A DNA stretch of 64,000 nucleotides from Paraspadella gotoi (taxonomy: Eukaryota; Animalia; Chaetognatha): contig CM119265.1 in NCBI GenBank assembly GCA_051294375.1, positions 9,370,772-9,434,771 of the forward strand. Direction: 5' to 3'. Shown here piece after piece: positions 60,113 through 64,000 of the stretch. The notes beneath the pieces are model-generated. The model worked only from the letters and a program-made list of their open reading frames with translations. It was not told the origin of the DNA and did no database searches. The position numbers and the translations under genes were made by a program. The first letter of the stretch is position 1. The number at the start of each line of letters is the position of its first letter.

Positions 60113-60864
60113 ATGTCTTGCCAAGCGTCTTCGGGAATGCGAGTTTCGGACGAGTGCGTCGCTCTGTTCGAATTGATGAAGAATAAGACGAAATACACGG
60201 CCGTCGTTTTTAAGTGAGTACGATATTCTTGGCGTTCTCTGGATAAGATTTTGATATTTAAATATTAATATTAAATTAAATTCGTTGATGAAGCAAAATT
60301 CAAACTTTTTCTAAATCTATAAACTCAACGAAAAAGAAAGGAATAATACAATGGCTACTGATATTTAAATATTAATATAAACGTATTTGTTCAGAATTAA
60401 CGACTGCAAAACGGAGATCGTGGTCGACCGCGTCTTCGATCCCATCGACGGCTGCGATGACGGAGATGATGAGTACAAACTCTTCTTCGATTACATGAAA
60501 GACATGGAGAACCAAGGACAGTGTCGCTACGCCGCCTACGACTTCAAGTGAGTAGAAGTTATGAAGTTTTTAATGTTGTAAGTCGACTTATACTTAGTTA
60601 TGCACTCTTATAACCTTTGTTACCTCCTCCCCCCCTCCCTCAAACAGATACACGATCAGCGACGGGTCGAGACGCAAAAAGCTCATCTTCATTAACTTTT
60701 GCCCGGACACTTGCACGGTCAAGCCCAAGATGCTGTACTCTTCTTCAAAAGATGCCCTCAAGGCCAGTCTCAGGGGCTGCATGCCCTTCCAGGCCAACGG
60801 GATCGAAGATTTGGAGAAGTGCGAGGTTGCCTGCAAGTGTAAAGAAAATACCACCTACGGTTGA
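60113..60864 (+). CDS. ADF/cofilin family actin-depolymerizing factor, three exons
   Basis: MSCQASSGMRVSDECVALFELMK...VVFK/INDCKTEIVVD...CRYAAYDFK/YT...KLIFINFCPDTCTVKPKMLYSSSKDALK. Confidence 0.9.
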
Positions 60865-62505
60865 AAAAAAAGTATTATGAGTATCGATCGGCCTCCTTTT
60901 TCTTACTCATTCTCTCCCCCCGTCCCTCATGGGGACGAACTTTCGCGGAAAGTCTCTGCGGGGAGGGAATGGGTAGGGGGGTTTTTCTAAATATCGATCG
61001 GCTTCTGAAAGTGTCTATACACGGCACTTCCCCCTCGCTTGCGTTATTTTAGAGAACAAAATGATTATCGTTACTATTATTATTATTATTATTATTTTCT
61101 GTATTCGCGTTCCCATCGTGTTTTTGGTTTCAGACTTTCCGTTTACTCTTTTTTTTTTTGAGATTTTTTTTTCAGACTTTCGGTTTTATAAGTAAATTAT
61201 CGCTTAGAACGCTTCCTTTTTTGTGTACACCAAAGTTTTATATTATTATTTAATTTTATAAAGATTCGACATTCCGTTTTTTTTTTAACCAAAAAAGTTC
61301 TTCCACTTATGTAATTTGTATTTTTTTTATTTTTTATTTTTGGTTCTAAGAATCATTTTTAATGCATTGGAGATTCGGTTTACGTAGGTGGGGGGTATAT
61401 GTGATTATTCGGTAAACCAAATATGCTAATGCCCAATAGTAAAAATAATTCCAATCCTTATTTTTTCCTTGCGTTCTCGTAATGGTTTGTTATGATAATT
61501 AAATAAAAAGATGCGTCCAAATTGAAATTTGTTCAATTCTCTTTATTTTTATTGCTGTCCTAATCTAGCCAGTTAGTCAGAAGTTTGTCAATAAGGTTAG
61601 AAAAATATAGTCACGTGTGTCATCATCATCAACGCAAGATGTGTAAACTAAGTATCATATCTTTCTCGCTGTTCACGATACAGCGTGTTTTGGACCGTAG
61701 ACCCAAATGGGCCAACTTCTCCATCGAATTATGAAAAAAATAACTTCTCAGTCACGATTTTCTTTGGTCTCAATTTTTTCCTCCCTTAACTCGGAATCTC
61801 CGTTCATTCATCCATTCACATTCGCGCCGTCCTCTTTCGATATAAACTTCATCATTCATGATCAACCTCTTTCTTTCTCTCTCCGCGCGACGCTGCCCCT
61901 TCGACGAGATGAGGAGCGGAGCGTCATCCAACGGGAGGAGGAAGCGGACCACGCGTCGTCGCCCCTCGATTCGTGTCACCGCCCGTCGCGCTCGTCAAAA
62001 AAAAAAAAAGAAAACTGATGGAGAAAGAAAGAATTTGAGGCGTAGGAAACTTGAGCTGCTTGAAATTTTTTTTTTTAAAAAAAGTGGAGGAAAAGCCATC
62101 GTCTAAAAAGTGGAAACTGTGCACGTTGCGCGGGATCGCGTGCGACGAATTGTCGCGTAGGCGCGCACATGCGACGTTGATAAGGATCGTCGCTTTTTTT
62201 TTCGTGCCCTAACCGAAGGGACATCTGCTCTTAAAATACATGGATTTCTGTCGTTGCAAGAACGGAACTCGGTGTCAACCAACTTCCCTTTTCGTGGGCA
62301 ATTTTTGCTTCGAAGCTTTGGCGCGATTTACGATTAGACCGACGAAAGGCGCGGTCTGGTTTGGTGACGTTTATTTTTAGGGGAACGTTCCTGAAAAAAT
62401 ATTTTTACATCTTGACTGACCAAACATCATTCTCGACATATCAGAATATGCATTAATTATCCTCTTCTAATTCAGAGGGGCTTACCGGACCTGAATTCAA
62501 AGCAT

Positions 62506-62767
62506 TGTGACAGTACATTCACACCGCCTCACGACCATAATCGTTCAGCCAATCCCATTGGCTCAGAGGGGGAACACACCATCCCAGGCGTAGTGTTCTC
62601 TCCGCAGTTCTAACGACTTCCTTCTGCGTTGGCAAAGCGAGACCGTCCTAGGGTAACTGCGTCGGCGACTGGAGACGTCATTGAGGGTCGGAACTTGGAA
62701 GCCCCCAAAGCCACCATTGATATGACCCATCCCAATGGGCATCACAGGCAACCCTACTGTTACCATA
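62506..62767 (+). mobile_element. Diverged solo LTR of the TRIM family
   Basis: TGTGACAG...TACCATA, homologous along its length; imperfect TSD GCAT/CCAT. Confidence 0.85.
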
Positions 62768-63258
62768 CCATATTTCGATAGGAGTTGAATCAGATGCATT
62801 GTCTTCAGTTAATAAAATTGATAAGCGTTTTGGATGATTAATAGTTGTCATCGTATTTATCAACTCATTTTTCTCCTCTTCCGTCTCCCCTTCTCGCGCT
62901 TTTCGCCGCAAGGAAAAACCGACAAAGAGGCGCGAATGACTTATTCATTTCAACGCATCGAAATCTCGCAGAGTTCGGGACGAAGCAAAGTTTTTTTTTC
63001 TCTCCGCGCGAAGTGAATCACCCGCGTTCCGATCGTCTCTCTCTCGCGCGCGCTCCCGTAAAGTCGCGTGAGCAGGCGGCTTTAAAAAAAAAAAAAGTTT
63101 TCGCGCGATTATAAGGCATATCCTTTGGAGAGTAATTTATAATACATATGTAAATAATAAAGTTTTCTAGCACTTTTGTAAAAAAAAATTTTCTTTCAAA
63201 TCTTGACACAGAAACTATTTTTTCCGGAATATTTTTTTGACCCCCCACCGACGCGATA

Positions 63259-63352
63259 ATGGGGAACGACCGCGGTTGGATTCCCGCCTTCATCGCGCTC
63301 CTCTCGATTTTCGATCCTCTTGTCAACGCGGTTTACCTCGACGGAACCCTGG
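63259..63352 (+). CDS. Probable first coding exon (signal peptide) of a secreted or membrane protein continuing beyond the window
   Basis: MGNDRGWIPAFIALLSIFDPLVNAVYLDGTL followed by a consensus phase-1 donor G|GTAAGT. Confidence 0.45.
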
Positions 63353-64000
63353 GTAAGTCGATAGGTGTTAATATCGATTAACGATCAATCTAAATATTCG
63401 TAATATCTCGTCAATTTTTAAATTATACGCCAGTAGTGGCCATTTCTACCATCCTGTGGCTGATCAGCTTCATCCGTGATTTGCAATACGCCGGCCTTTG
63501 TTTAAAATTAGAATACTGACAAAGTTTAATAATAAAGTGGCGGAAAAGGAGAAAACATGCATTGCAATCGCTGTAGCGACTGCAGCGTAGAAAGTCGGAT
63601 GTTTAAAACAAATAATTATCCACCGTAATATCGATTTTATTATCTGCGTCGTTCCACGCGTCATTTCACGTTATATCATCCATTAATTAGTCAAAAATCA
63701 TTAACCGAATGCCCAAACCAAGAAAAAGGCTTTTTTTAAGAAATGGAAAGCGTTAAATTCACGTGATTTGCTCCTCTTAACGATCCCCGCCACGCCTCAC
63801 CCAACGTTCGATCTCATTCACGAATTCCTCGCGGAGTGAGTCACTTCCACCTCGATTCACATTTCTCACACGATTCCTTTTCTCTCTTTTTTTTTCCTCT
63901 AATGATCAGGTCCATTTCCGTTTCTCAGAAATCACGCGACCTTTCGTTTCTTTCTTTCGACGCGGCGAAGGATGTGACTTCTCAAGGCCGTTTGCCGTGA

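Overview
Gene-dense, intron-rich eukaryotic (invertebrate animal-like) DNA, with GC-richer exons and short AT-rich introns. Protein genes in order: myosin XVIII (5'-partial, +), TTC7 (+), COG1 (+), sarcosine dehydrogenase (-), a stand-alone methylene-THF dehydrogenase/cyclohydrolase (-), ANKRD45-like (-), GOLT1 (+), HYOU1 (-), DCAF11 (+), an unusual MLL/trithorax N-terminal homolog with about nine homeodomains that stops right after its CXXC finger (+), ADF/cofilin (+) and a signal-peptide exon. There is one intronic tRNA-Gly(TCC). The main discovery is a family of small non-coding LTR retroelements (two complete copies, several solo LTRs, 4-bp target-site duplications, PBS-like motif). Each ~255-bp LTR carries a tRNA-like Pol III A/B box and a circularly permuted (type P5) twister ribozyme motif, with base-pair covariation across three divergent sub-families, i.e. 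a candidate animal twister LTR-retrozyme. Several MITE/foldback, Helentron-like and SINE-like elements fill the larger introns. All identifications come from reading the sequence by eye; no database searches were run.
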